Shown here: piece by piece, positions 19,265 to 27,340 of the stretch
How the letters are laid out: the number at the start of each line of letters is the position of its first letter
How positions within the stretch are numbered: position 1 is the first letter of the stretch
NCBI GenBank assembly: GCA_903908285.1
Contig: CAIVRH010000029.1
Location: 102,037-166,036, forward strand
Source of the DNA: an uncultured candidate division Zixibacteria bacterium
GTDB lineage: Bacteria > Zixibacteria > MSB-5A5 > SM1-73
Direction of reading: 5' to 3'
DNA: 64,000 nt
The notes under the pieces: model-generated
Databases searched by the model: none
What the model saw: the letters and a program-made list of their open reading frames with translations, nothing else
What the model was told of the DNA's origin: nothing
Translations under genes and position numbers: made by a program

Positions 19265-20199
19265 TTCTTCTCACCTATATCGCAATTACAGTACATATAA
19301 TGCAAAAACACATTTATCAAAGTTCGCGATTCCCTAAGTTCGGGATGCTTGTCAAGTATTGTATCGTAAAGATGCTCAAAAATTTCTTCGAATTTGGCAA
19401 ATTCATTCTTTCTTGTGATTATCTTCCCTTTCAACTCATCAATCGTATTGTAGTAGTAATCTGTATACTTCTTGTTTATCAGCTTCTTTAGGAAAGCTGT
19501 TATTGCATTAAAGGAAGACTCCGAATTTTCCTTGATATATTTAAAATACTCTTCACTCAACTTATTCAGCTCGTTCTTTGTTTCAAGGCTTACATAGTCG
19601 AACGAGTACTTGCTGTCAAATTCCGTAGCAACCTGCTCTCGGTCATTATAAAAAGCTACGATAACATCCCTTATGTCATCAGAGTGTATTCTTAATGGAT
19701 CTCTGAATTTCTCAAGGTTACAAGTTTTTACTATGGCAGGATTCGCATCAAGCCAAAGAGTAATCGCCTCAACTCCAATAATCTCAACATTGGAAATGCT
19801 AAGATTATTCTTGAGATAATCCGTTTGCTGCTGATGTGCTTCAGCAGTAAGTTTTCTGTTTGTGAAAATGAGATAATTATCAACTTCTCCATTTTGTTTT
19901 AACTTCTTAATTTTGGGGATTTCTTTGTCCAATATCTTAGTCTTAAAATCCGCATGAGAACAACTCGAGTTAGGGTTATTAGTCTTTTTTGCCTGAATAA
20001 TAAATTTTCCTGTCCATGGTCTTGCAGCACTTGGATACTGGTTTGAAGTGCCTTCAAACTTCCCATCTCTACCACCATCTGGCCCTTCACTGAAATTTAT
20101 GGTTCCAATTCCCAATATTTTTTGGCAAATATGGATAACCAGATCCTCAAATTTCTGTGTAGAAAGCTCGTGAAGATGATAATCCCTCATTATAAACAC
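19261..20199 (-). CDS. Mrr-type restriction-endonuclease-fold effector protein
   Basis: The N-terminus FEDLVIHICQKILGIGTINFSEGPDGGRDGKFEG...GKFIIQAKK matches the Mrr_cat pattern (F-E-x-L...G...G-DGG-D-G...IQ-x-K). The C-terminal ~170 aa have no recognisable domain. Confidence 0.55.
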   Translation of the reverse strand: MFIMRDYHLHELSTQKFEDLVIHICQKILGIGTINFSEGPDGGRDGKFEGTSNQYPSAARPWTGKFIIQAKKTNNPNSSCSHADFKTKILDKEIPKIKKLKQNGEVDNYLIFTNRKLTAEAHQQQTDYLKNNLSISNVEIIGVEAITLWLDANPAIVKTCNLEKFRDPLRIHSDDIRDVIVAFYNDREQVATEFDSKYSFDYVSLETKNELNKLSEEYFKYIKENSESSFNAITAFLKKLINKKYTDYYYNTIDELKGKIITRKNEFAKFEEIFEHLYDTILDKHPELRESRTLINVFLHYMYCNCDIGEKK

Positions 20200-20541
20200 C
20201 TCTTAACGTATACCAAATTACTTATTAATAAACTTATCTTAAAAAAATAGCTGTTAGATTTTGCCGCTTATTTAATCTATTATATTAGAAAGGAGATAAA
20301 AACCAAGAGAAAAAAGCCACTCAAATCTATATTTTGAAACTTGCCCATATCCAGCTTAAATTTGGAAGATCAGGTGTCATGCACACTTGACAAAAAAAAG
20401 TATCAAGAACACGTATCTCCTCATCTATTATTATCTATTCATAAACTATTATAATCATTCATGCCATCTTGTCAAGCACTTAAGAACAGTAATTATGCGT
20501 TTTTACATAATAATTTTTCTAACAAGCGCGGGCTTCGACCA

Positions 20542-21309
20542 CTACTTTATCAACCTTCTCTTCATCAGCTTGATGCCGATGTAGAAAGCGGCGGATTCAA
20601 GGAGAATGATGTATAAAAAGTCCAGCGCCAAGCCCGGAGAAGGCTCGCCGGAGAAAGCGGAGCGGGAGATATTTACCGCATGGGTAAGAGGAAGGAACTT
20701 GGCGAAGAATTTCATCCAACCGGGGAACCGGTCCAGCGGGAAAAATACTCCGGAGAAAAAGAGCATGGGGGTGATAATCAGCTCGGTATAGTAATTGAAG
20801 AAGTCGAAGTTCGGCGCAAACGAGGTTACGATCATCGCCAGCGAGCCGAACAAGATACCGATGAAAACCATCAAGACCAACAGAAGCAGAACGTTGACTA
20901 TCGAGACCGGATATACATGCATGAAAGTGGCAACCACCAGCATGAGCGACCCGCTGATCAATCCCCGGAAAGCTCCCCAGGCGACCTCTCCGGCTATGGC
21001 ATCCTCTGCGGATACGGGGGTGGCTATCAAAGAGTCGAAGAGCTTCTGGTAGGTGACCTTGACGAAGGTGCCGTATAAACACTCGAAAGTCGACGAGAGC
21101 ATCACCGAAGATACCAAAACGCCGGGGACGAGAAAATTCAGATAGGGCTTCCCGCCGAAATACCCCATATATGCGCCCATGCCGATGCCGAAGGTGATCA
21201 GATAGAAGAGCGGCTGCCCCAGACTGACCACGAAGGTGGTGAGAACGAACCTTTTGTATGAAATAAGGTTCCGGTAAAAGACATAATATATGCGGTAAGA
21301 AAGATTCAT
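20542..21309 (-). CDS. ABC-2 type transporter permease
   Basis: 255 aa with six hydrophobic helices. Paired with the upstream ATP-binding gene. Confidence 0.8.
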   Translation of the reverse strand: MNLSYRIYYVFYRNLISYKRFVLTTFVVSLGQPLFYLITFGIGMGAYMGYFGGKPYLNFLVPGVLVSSVMLSSTFECLYGTFVKVTYQKLFDSLIATPVSAEDAIAGEVAWGAFRGLISGSLMLVVATFMHVYPVSIVNVLLLLVLMVFIGILFGSLAMIVTSFAPNFDFFNYYTELIITPMLFFSGVFFPLDRFPGWMKFFAKFLPLTHAVNISRSAFSGEPSPGLALDFLYIILLESAAFYIGIKLMKRRLIK

Positions 21310-21431
21310 GTTATGCGTCCTTTAGGGGCAAATGAAACCGAACTCACCCCTTTTATTCCCCTCTCTTAAGAAGAGAGGGGATTCAAGAGTCTACCACGCA
21401 GACTAAAGTCTGCGGCTACCAACCCCCCTAC

Positions 21432-22358
21432 CTATTCGATCAAACTCCTGCCGGTTAGCTTGAGAAAAACGTCTTCCAAAGTGGCCGGGCGGTTCAAGAC
21501 GTTCGGAAGGTTGAAATCCACAATTTTCTTCATCAATTCATGCCCGTCCCGGCAGTAAAAGTAGAGAGTATCCCCCACCCGTTCATGTCCGCAAGCGAGG
21601 TCCGCCATCTGGGCGATCAGCTTTTCATCCTCCTCTTTGGCTATCCTTATTTCGACCACTTCCCTGCCGATCTCGTCGGAGATCAACTGACGGGGTGAAC
21701 CCTCTTTTAAGATTCGCCCCTGGTGCATAACCATCAGACGATCGCAAAGCTGTTCCGCCTCTTCCATATATTGAGTGGTGAGCAACAGGGTAGTGCCCCG
21801 GCTTTTAAGCGATCTCAACCTCTCCCAGATCAGATGCCTGGCTTGCGGATCAAGTCCGGTGGTGGGTTCGTCCGCAATGATCAGCTTCGGATTGTTCAGG
21901 AGCGCCCGGGCAACCAGGAGCCGCCGTTTCATTCCGGTGGAAAGCTCGTCGATCTTACTGTTCCGCTTGCTCTCCAGCTCGACGAAATCGATCAGCTCGT
22001 TAACCCTTTTTTTGCTTTCGATGTGCGGGATATCAAAAAACTTGGCGAAGATCATCAGGTTCTCGTAAACCGTCAGGTCGGGGTCCAAGTTGATCTCCTG
22101 CGGTATCACCCCGGTGATCAGCTTGATCTCCCGGTTGTCGATATGCGACGGCTTGCCTAATACCGTTACCGTGCCGGAGGTGATGGGGGAGACGCAGTGA
22201 ATCATCCGGATGGTGGTGGTCTTACCCGCTCCGTTGGGTCCCAGAAAGCCGAAACACTCCCCTTCGTGGATCTCAAATGAAATGCCGTCCACAGCGGTGA
22301 GGTTACCGTATTTTTTGGTAAGATTTTTCGCGACTATCACAGGATTCTTTGAGTTCAT
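21432..22358 (-). CDS. ABC transporter ATP-binding protein
   Basis: Walker A GPNGAGKTTTIRM, signature LSTGMKRRL, Walker B LIIADEPTTGLD. The start is taken at ATG 22358, which has a GGTGG RBS; the longer ORF to 22457 would overlap the upstream gene. Confidence 0.85.
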   Translation of the reverse strand: MNSKNPVIVAKNLTKKYGNLTAVDGISFEIHEGECFGFLGPNGAGKTTTIRMIHCVSPITSGTVTVLGKPSHIDNREIKLITGVIPQEINLDPDLTVYENLMIFAKFFDIPHIESKKRVNELIDFVELESKRNSKIDELSTGMKRRLLVARALLNNPKLIIADEPTTGLDPQARHLIWERLRSLKSRGTTLLLTTQYMEEAEQLCDRLMVMHQGRILKEGSPRQLISDEIGREVVEIRIAKEEDEKLIAQMADLACGHERVGDTLYFYCRDGHELMKKIVDFNLPNVLNRPATLEDVFLKLTGRSLIE

Positions 22359-22374
22359 ATCCGAAAACCACCTT

Positions 22375-22941
22375 TTACAGGTATCGCCTGACCCGGCTGC
22401 AGTAATTCTTATACTCTTCGCCGAACTCCTTGAACAAATGCCATTCCTCTGCAACAACTATTTTGTGGTGAATCCAGATTACGGCTATGGCCAAGAGCAG
22501 GAAAACCGGATTCATGGTGTATAAAACCGAAGCCAGGATTGTTGCGTACACGCCCAGATACATCGGATGCCGGCTGATTTTGTATAAACCGTCCACTTTT
22601 AGACTGGTGCTCTCCTGCGGAGAACCGAGCCGGAAGGAATTCCCCAGCTTCAATCGGCCGGCGAATAATAACAAGAATCCAAAGACCCATAAACCTAAAG
22701 AAATCCACTTAACCGAAACCGGTCTCCTAATAAAAGGAGGGTTGATTCCCCAAGCGGTTAAAACCATAACACCCCACAAAACAACGATCGTATACTTGCT
22801 GACATAAAAGAGGGTTTTGTCTATAGGCGGCTCACCGTCCATATTTATGTTTTTGCGCCGGAACATTTCTCCGCCACCGAACAAAACTATAAGGAACAGA
22901 ACTGGTAATGCTGTTATCACCAGATGTTCAATCACTGCCAC
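22375..22941 (-). CDS. isoprenylcysteine carboxyl methyltransferase (ICMT)/phospholipid methyltransferase family membrane protein
   Basis: GLYKISRHPMYLG ... HHKIVVAEEWHLFKEFGEEYKNYCSRVRRYL is the ICMT/PEMT C-terminal signature. Confidence 0.75.
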   Translation of the reverse strand: MAVIEHLVITALPVLFLIVLFGGGEMFRRKNINMDGEPPIDKTLFYVSKYTIVVLWGVMVLTAWGINPPFIRRPVSVKWISLGLWVFGFLLLFAGRLKLGNSFRLGSPQESTSLKVDGLYKISRHPMYLGVYATILASVLYTMNPVFLLLAIAVIWIHHKIVVAEEWHLFKEFGEEYKNYCSRVRRYL

Positions 22942-23236
22942 TTTCCTCCAATCAAGTTATAATAAATACATCTTTGCCTTGCCCGTCAATGGGGATGTTG
23001 AAAACCCTTTTCAAGGGTATGTGCTTCGTAGGGACAGGGCTTGTTGAGCTTGCGAAATCCCGCTTTTGCGGGGTCCCTGTCCTTACTCTAAAGAGGACAG
23101 CCACAAGGGCTGTCCCTACGATTATCCATATTTTCTAAAAGACACAATAAGATACTTTTCAACAGCCCAGTCCATGCCCTGATTTAAGGTGGGCAGTGCT
23201 ACTCAGTATGGCTATACTCAGAGTGATAGTTATGAT

Positions 23237-24649
23237 TTATTTCCCTATACAAAACTCAGAAAATATCTTATTCAAAATGTCATCCGTTACCGTTTTCCCC
23301 ACCACTTCACCGATGGCATCCAAAGCCCCCTTGACATCCAAAGCCACAAACTCCGGACTCATCTTATTTTTTACGCTATCCATGGCCAGGGACAAGCTCT
23401 TCTTCGCTCTCAAAAGCGCATCCTTGTGCCGGATGCTGGAAAGAAGCACCCCCTGGGTCTGGTCTTTTTGTAAAACCAGTGAGCTTGACACGATCATGTC
23501 CTTCAGACTATCCAGCCCCTCACCTTTTAATGCTGAAACTTTTACAATTGACTTGTCTTTGAGTTTTTCCATATTCTTCCGGACCAAATCCGCTGAAGCT
23601 ATATCGATTTTGTTGAAAACAAGCAGATATTTGTTTTTTAAAGTTATCATTTCCTGCAGGAGATTCAAGTCCTCTTCATTGATTTCAGATGAAGTGTCCA
23701 TGACCAAAAGGAGCAAATCCGCTTCGCCCATTTCGATTTTGGTCCGTTTGATCCCCTCCAACTCGATGATATCTTTGGAGATTCGATAACCCGCAGTGTC
23801 CACCAATCGCACCGGGATTCCTTTGAAATTGGCGAACTCCGAGATCACATCCCGCGTGGTTCCGGGGATAGGGGTCACGATAGCCCGGTCTTCTTTCAAA
23901 AGAGCATTCAGCAGGCTCGATTTCCCCACGTTGGGTTTGCCGATGATGACAACGTTCAAACCTTCTTTAAGGATTTTCCCCTCATTATATGTGGAAAGCA
24001 AGTCGTTGATCTCGTTTTGAATCGATTGAAGCTCTTCGATTACTTTATCCCCCTCTAATGGCTCGATCTCCTCCTCCGAAAAATCTATTTCCACCTCTAA
24101 CCTGGCTAAAAGATCGATCAACCTGTCCCGATATGAATTGATTTTCTCCGAAAGATCCCCCTTTAGATGCTTTAATCCTAGTTTCAATCCCAAATCGGTC
24201 TTTGCCCGGATCACCTCTGCCACTGCCTCTGCTTGAGAGAGATCGATACGGCCGTTTATGAATGCACGCAAGGTGAATTCCCCCGGCTCCGCCAAACGAA
24301 CCCCACATTTCAAGGTTTGCTCCAACACTTTTGAAACCACCAATTGACCCCCGTGACAGCTGATCTCCACCAGATTTTCGGTGGTATAGCTGTTGGGCGC
24401 TTTAAATACAGTAAGAAGAACCTCATCCACGGTATCGCCGGTTTGCGGATCGATTATTTCCCCGTAAGTAACCCGATGAGAACTTATCTGGCTGACCGGC
24501 TTTTCGCCTTTAAAGATTTTCTCTGCAATTTTGACGGCATCCTTCCCCGAAAGGCGAACGATCCCGATACCCCCCTCCCCCAAAGGAGTGGAGATGGCGG
24601 CTATGGTATCCTCAATTGAAGAAAGATTTCCTGTGTTTCCCTTTGACAT
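23237..24649 (-). CDS. mnmE: tRNA modification GTPase MnmE (TrmE)
   Basis: N-terminal DTIAAISTPLGEGGIGIVRLSG, G-domain GKPNVGKSSLLNAL / DTAG, and a C-terminal CIGK motif. The start is taken at the internal ATG 24649; an alternative start is 24697. Confidence 0.9.
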   Translation of the reverse strand: MSKGNTGNLSSIEDTIAAISTPLGEGGIGIVRLSGKDAVKIAEKIFKGEKPVSQISSHRVTYGEIIDPQTGDTVDEVLLTVFKAPNSYTTENLVEISCHGGQLVVSKVLEQTLKCGVRLAEPGEFTLRAFINGRIDLSQAEAVAEVIRAKTDLGLKLGLKHLKGDLSEKINSYRDRLIDLLARLEVEIDFSEEEIEPLEGDKVIEELQSIQNEINDLLSTYNEGKILKEGLNVVIIGKPNVGKSSLLNALLKEDRAIVTPIPGTTRDVISEFANFKGIPVRLVDTAGYRISKDIIELEGIKRTKIEMGEADLLLLVMDTSSEINEEDLNLLQEMITLKNKYLLVFNKIDIASADLVRKNMEKLKDKSIVKVSALKGEGLDSLKDMIVSSSLVLQKDQTQGVLLSSIRHKDALLRAKKSLSLAMDSVKNKMSPEFVALDVKGALDAIGEVVGKTVTDDILNKIFSEFCIGK

Positions 24650-24712
24650 GGAAAAAATATAAGTGTTTTGAGATGGAATGTAAAGAGAAGGAAACAAATA
24701 AACCTCTCCCCC

Positions 24713-24762
24713 TATGTCCCCCTCTCCGTTACACGGAGAGGGGGATTAAAGGGGGTGAGGTT
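24713..24762. repeat. nested-palindrome intergenic element (REP/MITE-like family 1)
   Basis: cctctccccct...tccccctctccgt tac acggagaggggga...agggggtgaggtt: an outer inverted repeat enclosing an inner inverted repeat. Confidence 0.7.
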
Positions 24763-24967
24763 AAGAAAGATTTCCGGAAAAGAAAATGGGCGGGATATTC
24801 GTATGAACGCATACGCGATTCCCGCCCCTATGTTAATGGGATATACCGCAGAGGCATCCTTCGACTTCGCTCAGGACAAAAGTAAAGCCTCTGCTACGCG
24901 GATAGAGTTTTTGTTGGATGATAACATCCAACCAGAGCGGGAAGCAAACCCTTCAACGATTGATTCG

Positions 24968-26635
24968 TTAGCCGCAGGGCACTGGTCCGCTTTTGAATAA
25001 ATAGTTGATCAGATAGACCACATCACCAATACTAATCAACCCATCGGAATTAGCGTCTCCCGCTATAAAAGGATTGGGGACGGGACCACTTTTAAAGAGA
25101 TAGTTAACCACATAGACCACATCCCCCACATCGATCACTTTATCCCCGTTAGCGTCTCCGCATAAATATTCGCTCCCTCCCAGAATCCCCCGGTCGTAAA
25201 CTGAAATCTCCGATGAGTCTTTAGTGCAGGCAAATCCGGCGGAGTCGTGCAGAAATGTGGTCCAGTTGGCGAGTTTTACGTTGTAGCTGCCAGAGGAATA
25301 ATCCGGGTTGGTTTGATCCGGATACCGGGCAATGGGAGTGAGTATGAATTTGGCTGAATACCATGACACCGCCACCGGATCGGTGGAACCTAAGAGCATT
25401 TTCGTATTTTGAACCCAGTTGAGATTATTTGGCCCGTAGGTGGTAGTCCAAGCCGCATCCACGATGCTGAGTCTGGGGAAAGTCGCAGCCATCACCCGTG
25501 CCACCAGGGCATAAGTTCCGAAGAAATAGGTGTTGTGCATGTTGGTCCAGTTTCCGAATCGCTCGGAGGAGTAGGCTGTGGTGAGCATTCCGATCCAGTT
25601 CTTGACCGCAATCGTTGCTCCCGCCAAGCTGTGGGCTTTTAAAACCGGGAAGTCTATTATGCACAACCGGGAATGATCATAGCTTGAAGAGAGAGAATCC
25701 CATACACCGTAACGCATGGAAATATAGTAATCACCGGAAGGAGAGCGGAACTTGGGATAAGTGATCTTGCTGGAACTTTCATAGACATATCCGTCATTAT
25801 AGTCTCCGGTGGAGTATTCGGTGGCAACAACATTCCAGATGTATTTCCAATCGAGATAATATACCGGATACCCTTTGGCACGAAAAGTGTTCACCACATC
25901 CGGGATGGACTGGGCGGTATCTTCCGAGTTGTTATCCTGCTGGTTGATTCCGGTTCCGATGTCCTGGGTATTGTCGCAAACGAGGATTTCACCGGAGAAA
26001 CCGTCGGGATGGTTTAGAATTCGCCAGATCAAACCCTTTACCCGGTCGGCACTGGTGGTGTTTCGTGAAGTCCACTGCCAGTTCCCCTTGATGATTACCA
26101 CGTTATCCGACCCGACAATCCCTTCGGGGTGGACAACTGTTTGATGCAGGTAAGTCCCCTTTTTCTCCATCATCAGAAGCAGGGTGTCGATGGCCGGATC
26201 GGGCAGATATGAGTCGGGCACGGAAGCATTGCCGGCAGCCAGTGATCCGGAGGTGGGGGGAATAGAGTCCAACACAAAAACGGTAGAAACCGGATCGGGA
26301 ACTTCCCAAACCGGAAGCGATGCCAAAGGTTTCACCTGGGATCTGCCAAATTCCGGTAATGCTGCCACAAACCATATAATTCCACCAAGTAGAATCGCGG
26401 CACCACAAAATTTGGCAAATCGACGAAAAAATAAGCTGCCCGCAAAGAACCCTGCCATCGCCAAAAACCAGCTGGCGGCGATGGGCATGGCTGCCCTTTG
26501 ACAGGGATAGGTTAGCCGCTTGGGATTGGTTCCGCTACGGAGCAGAACCCAAAGCAAAGCAACAAATCCGACCAGCCAAATCCAATAATGTTTGATATTG
26601 AAAGTGCGTTTATGTGAATGCATGGCAGACCTCAT
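24968..26635 (-). CDS. DUF362-domain protein with N-terminal transmembrane helices and a C-terminal double dockerin-like repeat
   Basis: IDFPVLKAHSLAGATIAVKNWIG resembles the DUF362 core. The C-terminus reads GDANGDKVIDVGDVVYVVNYLFKSGPVP...GDANSDGLISIGDVVYLINYLFKSGPVPCG, two EF-hand-like dockerin repeats. Confidence 0.55.
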   Translation of the reverse strand: MRSAMHSHKRTFNIKHYWIWLVGFVALLWVLLRSGTNPKRLTYPCQRAAMPIAASWFLAMAGFFAGSLFFRRFAKFCGAAILLGGIIWFVAALPEFGRSQVKPLASLPVWEVPDPVSTVFVLDSIPPTSGSLAAGNASVPDSYLPDPAIDTLLLMMEKKGTYLHQTVVHPEGIVGSDNVVIIKGNWQWTSRNTTSADRVKGLIWRILNHPDGFSGEILVCDNTQDIGTGINQQDNNSEDTAQSIPDVVNTFRAKGYPVYYLDWKYIWNVVATEYSTGDYNDGYVYESSSKITYPKFRSPSGDYYISMRYGVWDSLSSSYDHSRLCIIDFPVLKAHSLAGATIAVKNWIGMLTTAYSSERFGNWTNMHNTYFFGTYALVARVMAATFPRLSIVDAAWTTTYGPNNLNWVQNTKMLLGSTDPVAVSWYSAKFILTPIARYPDQTNPDYSSGSYNVKLANWTTFLHDSAGFACTKDSSEISVYDRGILGGSEYLCGDANGDKVIDVGDVVYVVNYLFKSGPVPNPFIAGDANSDGLISIGDVVYLINYLFKSGPVPCG

Positions 26636-26658
26636 ATTTGCTTGAGGGAGAATTCAAC

Positions 26659-26855
26659 TCGGTCTTTTGTCCGAAAGTCCTGAAAGGACATTTCGGACCT
26701 ACAAACTATCCTGTCTAATATAAATTTAACTGAAAATGGAGAAAAATCAAGGGAAATAATCAGATGTCGGATGTAATCCCTTGATTTATATGGTGTTTGA
26801 AAACATAGAGTTTTGTCCGAAAGTCCTCAAGGACATTTCGGACCTACAAATACTA
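26659..26855 (-). other. structured 5' leader region of the DUF362 gene with two copies of a gtccgaaa...tttcggac palindrome flanking an 8-bp hairpin
   Basis: ttttgtccgaaagtcctgaaaggacatttcggacctacaaa (26660-26700) and ttttgtccgaaagtcctcaaggacatttcggacctacaaa (26811-26853). Between them is tcaagggaaataatcagatgtcggatgtaatcccttga. A third copy of the palindrome lies at 62897-62945. Confidence 0.4.
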
Positions 26856-26902
26856 AAATAGCTTATGATTTAAGATGGAAGGTAAAGAGAAGAAGACAAA
26901 AA

Positions 26903-26960
26903 CCTCACCCCCTTAATCCCCCTCTCCGTGTCACGGAGAGGGGGACACAGGGGGAGAGGT
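26903..26960. repeat. family-1 nested palindrome
   Basis: cctcacccccttaatccccctctccgtgtcacggagagggggacacagggggagaggtt. Confidence 0.7.
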
Positions 26961-27340
26961 TAAAACAGCTCTTCCACTAACCAGACCAATACTATAATGG
27001 AAATTAACGAATCGATCACTACCAGAAGGGAATATCTCACATCACGCCAAGTGACGTCGGTGGAGAATGGGGATTTGGTCAAGAGAAATTTGAATTTTTC
27101 GCCGGTGCGGGTAACTGCTACCTTCTGCCATCCTACAAGCAGTAAACGAACGATTAATATAAAAAGAAGTGCCAAAATAGCTATCTTGTAGCCAGTGAAA
27201 CCAGGCATATAAAATAATTATATCCATGTAAGCTGGGCACAATTGGTATTAACCATGCGGTTCATACCTTGTCCAGTCTTTCGAGAATCCGCCGGGGCTG
27301 GGGAGCCCCGGCTACGATATTATTACCTTCAAACAGATGA

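Noticed and set aside
20597-21082. 161-aa minus-strand ORF and plus-strand ORFs 20680-21078 and 20795-21052
   Set aside because: Alternative frames within the ABC-2 permease gene. The permease frame has the expected hydrophobic helices.
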